DNA from: a virus
Taxonomy: Duplodnaviria; Caudoviricetes
Direction: 5' to 3' (one strand)
Virus record (IMG/VR): IMGVR_UViG_3300020576_006124
Span: 32,001 to 96,000 of that record
Length of the DNA stretch: 64,000 nt
In this document: positions 8,199 through 17,221 of the stretch, piece by piece
Position numbering within the stretch: the stretch's first letter is position 1
Layout of the letters: each line of letters opens with the position of its first letter
Translations under genes and position numbers: made by a program
Notes under the pieces: generated by a model
What the model saw: only the letters and a program-made list of their open reading frames with translations
The model's database searches: none
Told to the model about the DNA's origin: nothing

Positions 8199-9308
8199 CT
8201 AGATCTTTAGTACTCCCCTAAACTGATTTTCAAAAATCCAGTCGTTATCTAGCCTCTTTCTACTCTTTCTAAAAGAAATAAGAGAGTTACTAGAAATAAT
8301 TTCTACTATGGCCTTGCCACGACTTTCCTCTGATGTAAAATCACACAGAATGGTTTCGGGGGTTTTAAACTCTTGTACACATTCTATAGTTTCCTGAACT
8401 ACACAAGTTTGTTTACTGAGCATGGCTTCCATCCAAATAAGAGACATACTTTCACCAGCGGAGGAAAGTAGAAATAAATCACAGAAACTATTTACTTTCT
8501 CTACTATTTCTTTGGGTACTGAATTCCCTTTTTCAAAATAGTCATTTACAATAATAACCCTTATTTTACTTCTCTTTATTAAATCCCTTAACTCAGCCAA
8601 CTTTATAGGATCAGGGTAGGCTAAACTGAGCAATCCTAAACACTTCTTACCACTTTTAGATTGTAATTCTTCTAGGAATTTTATCCAAAGGCCTATTCTT
8701 TTCCCCCCACACAGCCTAACTGGATATTGACAAATATATTCATATTTCCAAAGATCTACCTCAGGAAATAACTTTACATCCTCTTTAAAGTTATAGATAG
8801 TTTTTATCTTACTCTCTGGAATTTTAAATCTAGATGTTAATTCTTCCCTATTTCCTGAGGAGGGAAATACATATTTAGATTTTGGAAATCGAGAAAAGCA
8901 TATGACTTCTGGGTAGGTTGCTATATAATCCTTACCAGGGGTAGAATGTACCCAATGATAAAACTGCTTCCCGTCTCTAGCCTCTAACAGGGCCGCAGCG
9001 TAGATAGAATAGTCTGGGAGAAATGCTATATCATGGGTCAGTATTTTATCTATCCCATTAAGGTAGGATTTTAAAATTAGACCAGTCTCAGTAATATATA
9101 TAGACTTATTTTGTTTATAATACCTATCAAAATACTTTACTTTGACATTTTTAGGGAGAAGGTTTTTGTCCTGAAAATCGCTTGTTGTTAAAAACAATAC
9201 TTCCTGACCCCTTCTACTTAGAACATCTAAAGTATTTTTTACTACCCCTGCTATAGAATAAGCCGGGTTTAAATCTCTCAAAGGAGCAACCAAAGCAATG
9301 CCTGACAT
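8199..9308 (-). CDS. GT-B glycosyltransferase (GT4-like)
   Basis: YHWVHS; PVRLCGGKRI; DLFLLSSAGESMSLIWMEAM (E-x7-E motif). Confidence 0.85.
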   Translation of the reverse strand: MSGIALVAPLRDLNPAYSIAGVVKNTLDVLSRRGQEVLFLTTSDFQDKNLLPKNVKVKYFDRYYKQNKSIYITETGLILKSYLNGIDKILTHDIAFLPDYSIYAAALLEARDGKQFYHWVHSTPGKDYIATYPEVICFSRFPKSKYVFPSSGNREELTSRFKIPESKIKTIYNFKEDVKLFPEVDLWKYEYICQYPVRLCGGKRIGLWIKFLEELQSKSGKKCLGLLSLAYPDPIKLAELRDLIKRSKIRVIIVNDYFEKGNSVPKEIVEKVNSFCDLFLLSSAGESMSLIWMEAMLSKQTCVVQETIECVQEFKTPETILCDFTSEESRGKAIVEIISSNSLISFRKSRKRLDNDWIFENQFRGVLKI

Positions 9309-9582
9309 GTTAGAAACTTCCTATGGTTTAAGAATCCAGTTTAAGTATATTCAAGATAGCACTGAAGCCTCCAGAATATACGGTAGATTAAGATATTTTT
9401 TTGTCGGAGCTAACAGAGAAAGGGAGATGTCTATTTTCTCTGAGTCCGAACTTGAAGAAATGTCTCAGAACCCCCAATCTATGAGCCTATCTCTTTACTA
9501 CGGTGATGATGCAGAGTTTAGGGATAAACTTAATGACTTTTTAAAAACTGAGCCCTCTGTAATAGCTACAGTAATTGATTAA
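9298..9582 (+). CDS. Hypothetical protein (likely start ATG 9307)
   Basis: Fills the gap between two minus-strand genes. Confidence 0.55.
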   Translation: MPDMLETSYGLRIQFKYIQDSTEASRIYGRLRYFFVGANREREMSIFSESELEEMSQNPQSMSLSLYYGDDAEFRDKLNDFLKTEPSVIATVID

Positions 9583-10072
9583 GCATCCTATTTTCTTTAA
9601 AGTAGTCATCTACTATTTTATCTGCTTCAGATTTATTCTTTACGTAAGAGATATTTATAATAAAAAGAGTTATACCTTTATTTATACAGAGATTTGATCT
9701 TATTTTATCATTCTTTTGAACTTTTTTTAAATTCTCCTTCCCATAGATATTTTCTCTATGAACAGGGCCATTAACCTCAATTGCTATTTTATATTTAGGG
9801 ATATAAATGTCTAGTTCATACCCTATTTGCTTTCTGTCGTTCTTAAAAATTCTTATATCCGGTCTAACTCTTTCTCTTATACTCTCATAGATAAACTCTT
9901 CTGATTTACTTCTAGTTGTTTTTTTAAAGTGGTGGACTTTTAAGAGACACGCATAACAACAAAAGTTCTCTTCAACCCACCAGAACTTTTTCTTTAGTGA
10001 TTTAGGGATATTAGTTTCTGAAGAAAAACTAATTTTACAAGAAGAACAAACTCGAATCATGACTCTTATCAA
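9566..10072 (-). CDS. Zn-finger + Vsr/EDxHD-like PD-(D/E)XK endonuclease, putative homing endonuclease
   Basis: CSSC..CCYAC; SKSEE; YELDIYIPKYKIAIEVNGPVH; DKIRSNLCINKGITL. Confidence 0.8.
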   Translation of the reverse strand: MIRVMIRVCSSCKISFSSETNIPKSLKKKFWWVEENFCCYACLLKVHHFKKTTRSKSEEFIYESIRERVRPDIRIFKNDRKQIGYELDIYIPKYKIAIEVNGPVHRENIYGKENLKKVQKNDKIRSNLCINKGITLFIINISYVKNKSEADKIVDDYFKENRMLNQLL

Positions 10073-11168
10073 ACAGATTTCTAGTCCCTCTCACATTTTA
10101 AATACGGAACTACCTAAAACTATTAGAGTAGGTAATGAAGAAATTTCAATTCCTCAATGCCTCTTACATAAGTCAGTACAGTTCTCTCTTACTAAAGAGG
10201 GGATTCTAGAAACTTGTTTTATTGCACCCACTCTAGCTTACCTTCTAAAAGCAGCCTCATCAGAATCCCCACAAAAAGACTTTCAACTAGCTAGAAAGTT
10301 TCTTCTTTCTGCTATTCAAGACCTAGTAGAAAGTCAGCTTATTTCTGGCAGAGTACACCAAGGATATATGGGATTGGTTCAAGTTAATTCCCATTTAGAC
10401 ACAAATAGAGTAGCCCTTTCTAAAAGAACCTGGGAAGTCCTTTGTGAAGAGAGTAAAAAATGGAAAGACTGTTCTAAGATTATAGCCATTAGGTATCCCA
10501 ATTTAGGGCCCAAAACTACTTCCGTCCTGGAACTTCAAATTATAGAGGACTCTCCTTTAGGACTATCATTTGGAGCTTCTGATGGTATTTTAGATGGAGT
10601 ATATGTACATCCTACTACAATAAAAGAGAATTTTGAGGGTGATGCAGATGGAGATACTTTATTTTTAATACCCTTTGAAAATAATGGGAGCTTTATTGCA
10701 CCCCTTGCAAATTCTAGATCTAATGATTTGTTTTTAACAGAGAATCTTAGAGAAGAAATGCTTAAGAAGTTTTCTAGGTGTGATAGGTCAGATTCTAGAC
10801 TTAGCAATCATCTTTCTACTTGCTTTGATCCAGGTCTGATTGGTCTTGCTACCTATATAGTTAGAAGCAGATTAAGGAGATATGCTACAGCCAATAAATG
10901 TACTCTTAAGAAAGCATGGGATGCGGTAGCTCCAGAGGGACTACAATTAATAGAATCTGTCATGGATCTTAAAAAAGGAAATATGACACCCCAACAAGTA
11001 GATTCTCTTGTTAAACAAATAGAAAAAGAGAGTCTTCAGGTTGCAACTATAAGAAATTCTGGGGATCCTTATCACTCACTTATTACATCTAGCACATTAC
11101 CAGAAAACTTCCCATTAGTTTATCCTACTCTTTCGTCATTTGTGGAGCAGGCTTTTGGAACCCATTAA
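10059..11168 (+). CDS. Two-barrel RNA polymerase catalytic subunit (beta-prime-like core)
   Basis: [29 protein letters not shown] aligns to beta-prime [44 protein letters not shown] corresponds to the DxDGD Mg site. Confidence 0.85.
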   Translation: [369 protein letters not shown]

Positions 11169-11430
11169 AATATTAGTATCTGGTACCTTTATTATGGGAG
11201 AGAATAATCCCATTTGCATTTGTGGTTGCCCCCTAGAGAAGTTTACTGGATTTATACCTAGTCAGCTCTCTATGAAAAATTCTAGGGAGGTTGACTTACT
11301 TTCTATCCCAAATGATCAGTTTTCAGGAGAAACCTTTTGCCCACTTTGCGAAAGGATTCATACGTATACTTTTGAGATTGACAGAAGCACATCTATTCCT
11401 TTTTTAAAAGCCACTCCACTAGAAAAATGA
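11140..11430 (+). CDS. Small Zn-ribbon protein, possible detached beta-prime Zn-binding domain
   Basis: CICG...CPLC; lies between the two RNAP core genes and overlaps both. Confidence 0.5.
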   Translation: MWSRLLEPIKILVSGTFIMGENNPICICGCPLEKFTGFIPSQLSMKNSREVDLLSIPNDQFSGETFCPLCERIHTYTFEIDRSTSIPFLKATPLEK

Positions 11431-12767
11431 AAATAGCAACCAGAAACCATTTTACCACAAACTTTGTTAGGGAAGTAGTATCTTACTCTGGTACGGATTA
11501 CTATGGAGTGGAAATTGCTATACCACCTGTTTTTACCTATGATCAAAAAGAATACACACTAGAGGCACCACAAAAGATTTTAACTTCTTACAAGTTTAAT
11601 CCATTTAAAGATACAGGAAAGTCTTATCATATCTTCAGAAAGTCATTCTATGAATCCCTCTCTAGATTTCCTAAATTAAACTTAGATAATCTGGGGAAGA
11701 AGCATACTCTAGCAGAGTTCCTTTACTCATCCATTGTTTATTTTAGGCCTACATCCACTTTCGAATCTTATCTTTCTAAGCTTCCTTTTTCTCAAAGGGG
11801 TGAAGAGTTATCTTCTACTCTTATTACCTTAGCGGATAAAATTAAAAAAGACTACTCTCTCTCTTTAGACCTCTGGGCTGTACCTAAAAGAGAAGTTGGT
11901 AGTCTTATCCATATATCAGATGAAAACGGTTATTCTAGAATATCAAAGTTAATTTCTTTTGGATACCATAAGACTTTTCCACAAGACAGAATAACCAGAG
12001 AATCTGGATCCTTGAAAGAGTCTTATCGGTACAATAATCCTAACCATTTGGGGTATAAGTTTAATGAAATTATTGCCCCCTACGTTACTATGCTGAAAGT
12101 AGCTGTTATTTTCCCTAGGGAGAATATGGCTGATGGGGGTGAGTTTTTCTCCTCTGCGATTCCTCATTTATCTACATCTTTTACTCGGGACCGAGAAGTA
12201 GATCTTTATTCTAAGGAATACCCTGAGTCTATCATAGATATAAATGTCTCTAGTACATCAATTTCTCTAAAAAGAGTTCTAAGGACTATTATAAATGAGA
12301 ATCAATATTTAATGGGTCCTCTAAGATTGGTTTTACCTGGAGGAGTAAAGGTTTGTGCAAGTTTTAATAATAACCAGGCCATAGATAAGAATAATCAACC
12401 AATTGATCTTCTACTAGATTATAGAACCTTTGTCTCTAAAGGGGCAGTAGGAACTTTAATGATGCTGCAAAAAGGATTAGGGATTTGCCCTACGGCGGAG
12501 GAAGCATTGGAGTATTTTAACTCAGGATTAAAAATGACTACTATAAAGATAGGAGCTGAAACCTTAAACGCCCTAGTAGGTCATTTACCTATTTTCAGAC
12601 CTAGTCAAAGTTACTTAACACTCAATAAGCCCGGAGTAGTAGGATTAGATATTATTTCTAGAATTGTAACGGATTCTTCTCTATATCCTCATAAAGAAAC
12701 AGAAAGAGACTACCAAGAACTCTCCAGACTTTACTCACAAATCAGAACCCATGAACTCATCAACTAA
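11427..12767 (+). CDS. Two-barrel RNA polymerase second subunit (beta-like core)
   Basis: [15 protein letters not shown] ~ [27 protein letters not shown] ~ [34 protein letters not shown] ~ [33 protein letters not shown] ~ TVGYMYMLKL. Confidence 0.8.
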   Translation: [446 protein letters not shown]

Positions 12768-14274
12768 GTCCGAAATCGTTTGTTTAGTCCCTGAGCTTTT
12801 ATTTGATCAGGCAGCGGGAATGTTAGAGAGAATTGCTTACTCTAACATTGCGGGGAACCCTGAGAGGCCCATTATTCCTCTTTTTGTAGCTCCCCCAGGA
12901 GTGGGAAAAAATGCTCTTATTAACGATCTTTTACGGAACCTAAACTCCGGACAGTTAAAAGAGAATATCATTAACTCTGGTGCAGTAAAAGCTGAAGATT
13001 ACAAAGAATGGGAGATCTTCCCCCTTAGAGTTAGCCAGAAAGATAATGTAGGTATTGCGGGGGCTTGTACAATTGTTAAGGATTCTGAGAATCAATCTTA
13101 CACCTATACTGCTCCTCCTGCCGGTTTTCCTCTTCTAAATAACCCCTCTTCCGCAAAAGGGAAAAACATCTTAATTGTCTTAGATGAGTTTGGGCAAGCA
13201 GTTCCTGCTGTTCAAAGTTTAGCCGCTAGTTATCTAGATGGAGAAATTGGGTCTGAGAGGTTTGATCCTTCTAGAGTTCTTTTAGTTATACTTACTAATG
13301 GAGTCAAAGATGGAGCGGCATCAAATATGATTCCAGCACAGATTAGAAATCGTGTAGTCATGTTCTCCCTTAAGCCAAGTATTGCCCAGTGGACTAGGGA
13401 TTTTGCTCTAAAAAATGGCATTCCAATCTCAGTTATCAGTTACCTAAACGAAAAGGGTAATTCTTATTTCTTTTTAGATACTCAGGAAGAACTAAAGAAG
13501 GTTGTAAATACCATGTCTCCCTTCCAGAGCCCTAGAAGTTGGACCACTTTTTCAAATTTGCTTTCTGCGTGTTATACTAATGAAAAACTGGAACATATTA
13601 TGTCCAAACATTGGGACTCAAAAATAAATCCAGCAGAGGATGCGGAACAAAACCTAATTAGAGCTATGGCTATAGGGGCGCTAGGTCTGGATAAGGGGAA
13701 TGATTTTATTACTTGGTTGATAGAGATATCCAAATTAGTAAGACTCTCTGATATTATTTCCGGCACCTCTAAAGATGCATCTCAAATTAGTAAAGAGAGC
13801 CATCAAAAAGTTCTATTCTATATATCCTATCAATTAAGGTCCTTTATTAATTCTATTGGGGCAGAGTTCCAGGAGTTTAGAAATTCCAAAACTGCTATAG
13901 ACCCCAAAAACCCTAATGAAGTTAGAGACCTATTTCAAGGATTTTTTAAGGGATCCGATCTAAGTACTTCAATAGACCGAGTATCTTTATGGATTATGGA
14001 CCTACTATCAAGAACTCCTAAAGATAACTTGTTTATTCTTATTCCTACTCTTAGCCTTATTTTACCTCCAACTAATCAGTTAGCTTATATGCCCATTTCC
14101 AACATTAACGAAGCTAGAAAGCTAGCTGCTTCATCAGAAACCGTAAAAAGAAATCTTGACTTTACTCTTTCTACCTGGCCAATGTCTTTTGTAGATTTAT
14201 ATAGCCTTTGTCAAGAAGGGGGAGAGAAAGATCATAATTTAGTCTTGAGTAAATACTCAAAAGAAACAAGATGA
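12751..14274 (+). CDS. MoxR-like AAA+ ATPase
   Basis: Walker A APPGVGKN, Walker B IVLDEF, sensor LTN, arginine finger QIRNR, SPRSW. Confidence 0.85.
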   Translation: MNSSTKSEIVCLVPELLFDQAAGMLERIAYSNIAGNPERPIIPLFVAPPGVGKNALINDLLRNLNSGQLKENIINSGAVKAEDYKEWEIFPLRVSQKDNVGIAGACTIVKDSENQSYTYTAPPAGFPLLNNPSSAKGKNILIVLDEFGQAVPAVQSLAASYLDGEIGSERFDPSRVLLVILTNGVKDGAASNMIPAQIRNRVVMFSLKPSIAQWTRDFALKNGIPISVISYLNEKGNSYFFLDTQEELKKVVNTMSPFQSPRSWTTFSNLLSACYTNEKLEHIMSKHWDSKINPAEDAEQNLIRAMAIGALGLDKGNDFITWLIEISKLVRLSDIISGTSKDASQISKESHQKVLFYISYQLRSFINSIGAEFQEFRNSKTAIDPKNPNEVRDLFQGFFKGSDLSTSIDRVSLWIMDLLSRTPKDNLFILIPTLSLILPPTNQLAYMPISNINEARKLAASSETVKRNLDFTLSTWPMSFVDLYSLCQEGGEKDHNLVLSKYSKETR

Positions 14275-15650
14275 AAGACACACTATCCAGATTCTTTCGA
14301 AGGGCGGGCGGATCTCCTGTTGTAGGAGCCGCTCTCTCTTTAAAGTGGGAAACCTCAGATATAGGAGGACCCCACCCCTTCTATATTAAAAAAGACTCTA
14401 TTATTACCAATCTTAGCTGGATAGCTAGAAAACCCACAGAGTCAGAAAAACTAAGGATAGAACAAACTCTTGCTTTTGCTGCTTATTTTTATATACTAGG
14501 GTTTTCGAAAAAAGAAAAAGGAACTCTTTTTCCTCATATAGCTTATTTATCTAAATATATTTCTACAGCTTTAATGGTATCTTTTGATCCCAACATTAAA
14601 TTTTTAATGTTAAACACCCCTAATGGACAAGAGGATTGTACTATAAATGGGACATTTTTTAAACCTTTGCAAGAAAAAGGTTTAAAAATAAGTCTTCCTG
14701 TAACTCTTAAAAAGAACCTACTATTAAATGTTAGCATGGAAGAAACTGTAGCTTCCATTAATCTTTCTGAGAAAGCTACATGGACCTACATTTATTCAAG
14801 TCTATGCCAGACATTTGACAGTGCTAAACTAGATGAGGACCTTAGAAATATCTTTATTATCCCAACAGAGAATGAAGATAGTGATCCAGACTCTGAGATT
14901 TGGAAAAATAATGTTCTTGTAAGTCTTGGTCAAGAAGAATTTACATCCGGTCAGGATGAGGAAAGAAAAAGCCAGATGACAAACTTCTTTTCTCAAATGA
15001 AAGGGGTTTGGGGTAGTCATTCTGACGGATTCTTAGATGTATTTGAAATCCCAGATCAAGAGACATCTTTTATTGATTTTAAAGATCTTCTATCTTCTAA
15101 TATAAAATCTAATCTTCATACTGATGGGGATTTTTCCTGGCAAGTAAAAAGACATGGAGAAAATTCTTCCATACCCTTAGAGCCAAGATTAATCGGAACA
15201 AAATTTAAGACTTTATTCTTTTGTACTGATACCTCTGGTTCTATGTCAAGAGAGGAGCTGATTGACTCAGCGTCTGAAACAAAGAACTTCCTTTCGTCTG
15301 ATGCTAAAACTAGTTTTATAAATATTCAATTTGATACTGATATTCAGCATGTAGCAGAATTTACCCCTTACGATTACATAGAACTCGACGATATCATTCC
15401 AAACGGTTTTAAGGGAAGAGGGGGAACTGATCTTAATAAGCTCTTTTTCTATATTGAAGATTACATCTATGATAATTCTTTATCTGTAGAAGATTTAGTA
15501 GTCGTAATCCATACAGACCTAGGTTTCGCAGTTCCTGTTGAACCTTCTTTTGGAGAAAAGATAGTTTGGGTAAGTAGATTTGAGAAGACTATGCCATATG
15601 GAACCCTTGTTCAAGTTAGAGACACGACCAAAATCCACGGGATTTATTAA
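14271..15650 (+). CDS. vWA-domain protein, partner of the MoxR ATPase
   Basis: MIDAS DTSGSMS, QFDTDI, GRGGTD, IHTD. Confidence 0.85.
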   Translation: MKDTLSRFFRRAGGSPVVGAALSLKWETSDIGGPHPFYIKKDSIITNLSWIARKPTESEKLRIEQTLAFAAYFYILGFSKKEKGTLFPHIAYLSKYISTALMVSFDPNIKFLMLNTPNGQEDCTINGTFFKPLQEKGLKISLPVTLKKNLLLNVSMEETVASINLSEKATWTYIYSSLCQTFDSAKLDEDLRNIFIIPTENEDSDPDSEIWKNNVLVSLGQEEFTSGQDEERKSQMTNFFSQMKGVWGSHSDGFLDVFEIPDQETSFIDFKDLLSSNIKSNLHTDGDFSWQVKRHGENSSIPLEPRLIGTKFKTLFFCTDTSGSMSREELIDSASETKNFLSSDAKTSFINIQFDTDIQHVAEFTPYDYIELDDIIPNGFKGRGGTDLNKLFFYIEDYIYDNSLSVEDLVVVIHTDLGFAVPVEPSFGEKIVWVSRFEKTMPYGTLVQVRDTTKIHGIY

Positions 15651-16290
15651 TACAGAGTACTTCTCCATTCCGGGATATTTACAACCTATATTAAAGTTCC
15701 CTAAAAACCACATTAATTATATAGTATCAGAGAATACGGAAGAAGCCACCTCTCTAGTTAATTATATACTAGAAAGATATCAGAACAGTATCCTGATAGG
15801 GTTTCAGATTAATAAAGACTTATACCCTGAAGAGTCTTTAATCTTCAACTATTCTTCTGAGGAAGAATTTACTTCTATGATTAGAGATATAGTCATGAAA
15901 GTAAAAGACTGTATTCTTTTAATTGATGGAATTCGGTTTCTTCCAATGAATTCTTTAAAACTTTTAAAGGCTTTAGGAATAACCGCAATAGTAGTTTCTT
16001 TGAAGGGAAGAAGAAAAATTTTTCTTGACGAAAATACCATTTTCATTAAAAGAAGAAAACTAATAAGTTACATACACCACCAAATCGGGTATATTGTACA
16101 AATAGATTCTATTTGGGGCTCTAAAAAACATTTTTTTGCTTTTTCTACTTTAAAACTCTCATCTTTCTATGATAACAATATTGAGTCTTATAGTAAAGGA
16201 GTAAGAAAGTTTGAAATAAACGGTAGAAAACTGTCCCTACTAAAATGTCTAATTTTGGAAAATTATAAAAACTATGATCACATTATCTAA
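15580..16290 (+). CDS. Hypothetical protein, possibly a degenerate P-loop fold
   Basis: Walker-B-like LLIDGI, no Walker A. Confidence 0.45.
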   Translation: MRRLCHMEPLFKLETRPKSTGFINTEYFSIPGYLQPILKFPKNHINYIVSENTEEATSLVNYILERYQNSILIGFQINKDLYPEESLIFNYSSEEEFTSMIRDIVMKVKDCILLIDGIRFLPMNSLKLLKALGITAIVVSLKGRRKIFLDENTIFIKRRKLISYIHHQIGYIVQIDSIWGSKKHFFAFSTLKLSSFYDNNIESYSKGVRKFEINGRKLSLLKCLILENYKNYDHII

Positions 16291-16543
16291 CGGAAAAGTC
16301 GTCCTTGAAACACAAGAGGGCAAGATTGAATTTGCTCCAGACAAAAGTCTGCAGACTATACATGTTCATGCCGAAGTAGATACTACTACTGGTAAGATTG
16401 TTAGTTATTCTCTTTCTCCTGGTAGTCAGAAAGAAATTATCGAAGAGGTTACTAAGGAGTCTACGAAATCAAAGGATACAGGGGCTAAGAAAGTCTCTGA
16501 GGAGACGGTAAGGGAAAATGATAGTCCAACAACTTCATCTTAA
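16274..16543 (+). CDS. Hypothetical protein
   Basis: 89-aa ORF overlapping both neighbours. Confidence 0.55.
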   Translation: MITLSNGKVVLETQEGKIEFAPDKSLQTIHVHAEVDTTTGKIVSYSLSPGSQKEIIEEVTKESTKSKDTGAKKVSEETVRENDSPTTSS

Positions 16544-16925
16544 CTTTATAAAGGACGGAGAAGACCATTATTCTGTAACTGTGCAACAGCCTGACGGATC
16601 CTTTAAAGTAGTTCCTGTAAGGGTGCCCTCTGGCTCCAGTCTGGATTTAATTCCAGCACTTGCATCAGAGGCGGTTTCTAGTCTAGATAAAGCTATCCCA
16701 GACTTATTTACTAGCTTAAAAGAGCTCTCATCTATAGATCTTTCCTCTATAGATGAAAAGTATGAAAAGAGTGTCTTAGGAAATCCGATCTCTAATCCAT
16801 TGAAAGCTAAAGTGGAGGAACTGGTAGGAAAGTTACAATGGCCAGCCATTAGGAACTTAGAAACTTATACTAATAAAGAAGCTATCGTACTACTAAAACT
16901 CTTACAGATTAAACTAGGAGAATAA
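16518..16925 (+). CDS. Hypothetical protein
   Basis: 135-aa ORF. Confidence 0.55.
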   Translation: MIVQQLHLNFIKDGEDHYSVTVQQPDGSFKVVPVRVPSGSSLDLIPALASEAVSSLDKAIPDLFTSLKELSSIDLSSIDEKYEKSVLGNPISNPLKAKVEELVGKLQWPAIRNLETYTNKEAIVLLKLLQIKLGE

Positions 16926-16927
16926 GA

Positions 16928-17221
16928 ATGACAGTTTGTTTACAGGCTGTATGTCAAGTAATTAATAATAATTACTTTCTGAAGGATTTGGATACTGGAG
17001 AAAGGTATCCAGCAGTCTTCTTAGAAGAGATTACTCCAGGAACAGAGGGACTATTCATAGGAACCTTCTGTTCCGGAATAGTCAACGTCTCCAAAAGAGA
17101 TGTGAGAGAATTTATTAATCCTTTTTACGAGGAGGATGTAATCTTACTCGGCTCCGAATTTTTTGCTGAGAACACCCTTCCATTTGATTTAACTACACTA
17201 TATGAAACTATCCCCTCTTGA
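16928..17221 (+). CDS. Hypothetical protein
   Basis: 97-aa ORF upstream of the helicase. Confidence 0.55.
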   Translation: MTVCLQAVCQVINNNYFLKDLDTGERYPAVFLEEITPGTEGLFIGTFCSGIVNVSKRDVREFINPFYEEDVILLGSEFFAENTLPFDLTTLYETIPS

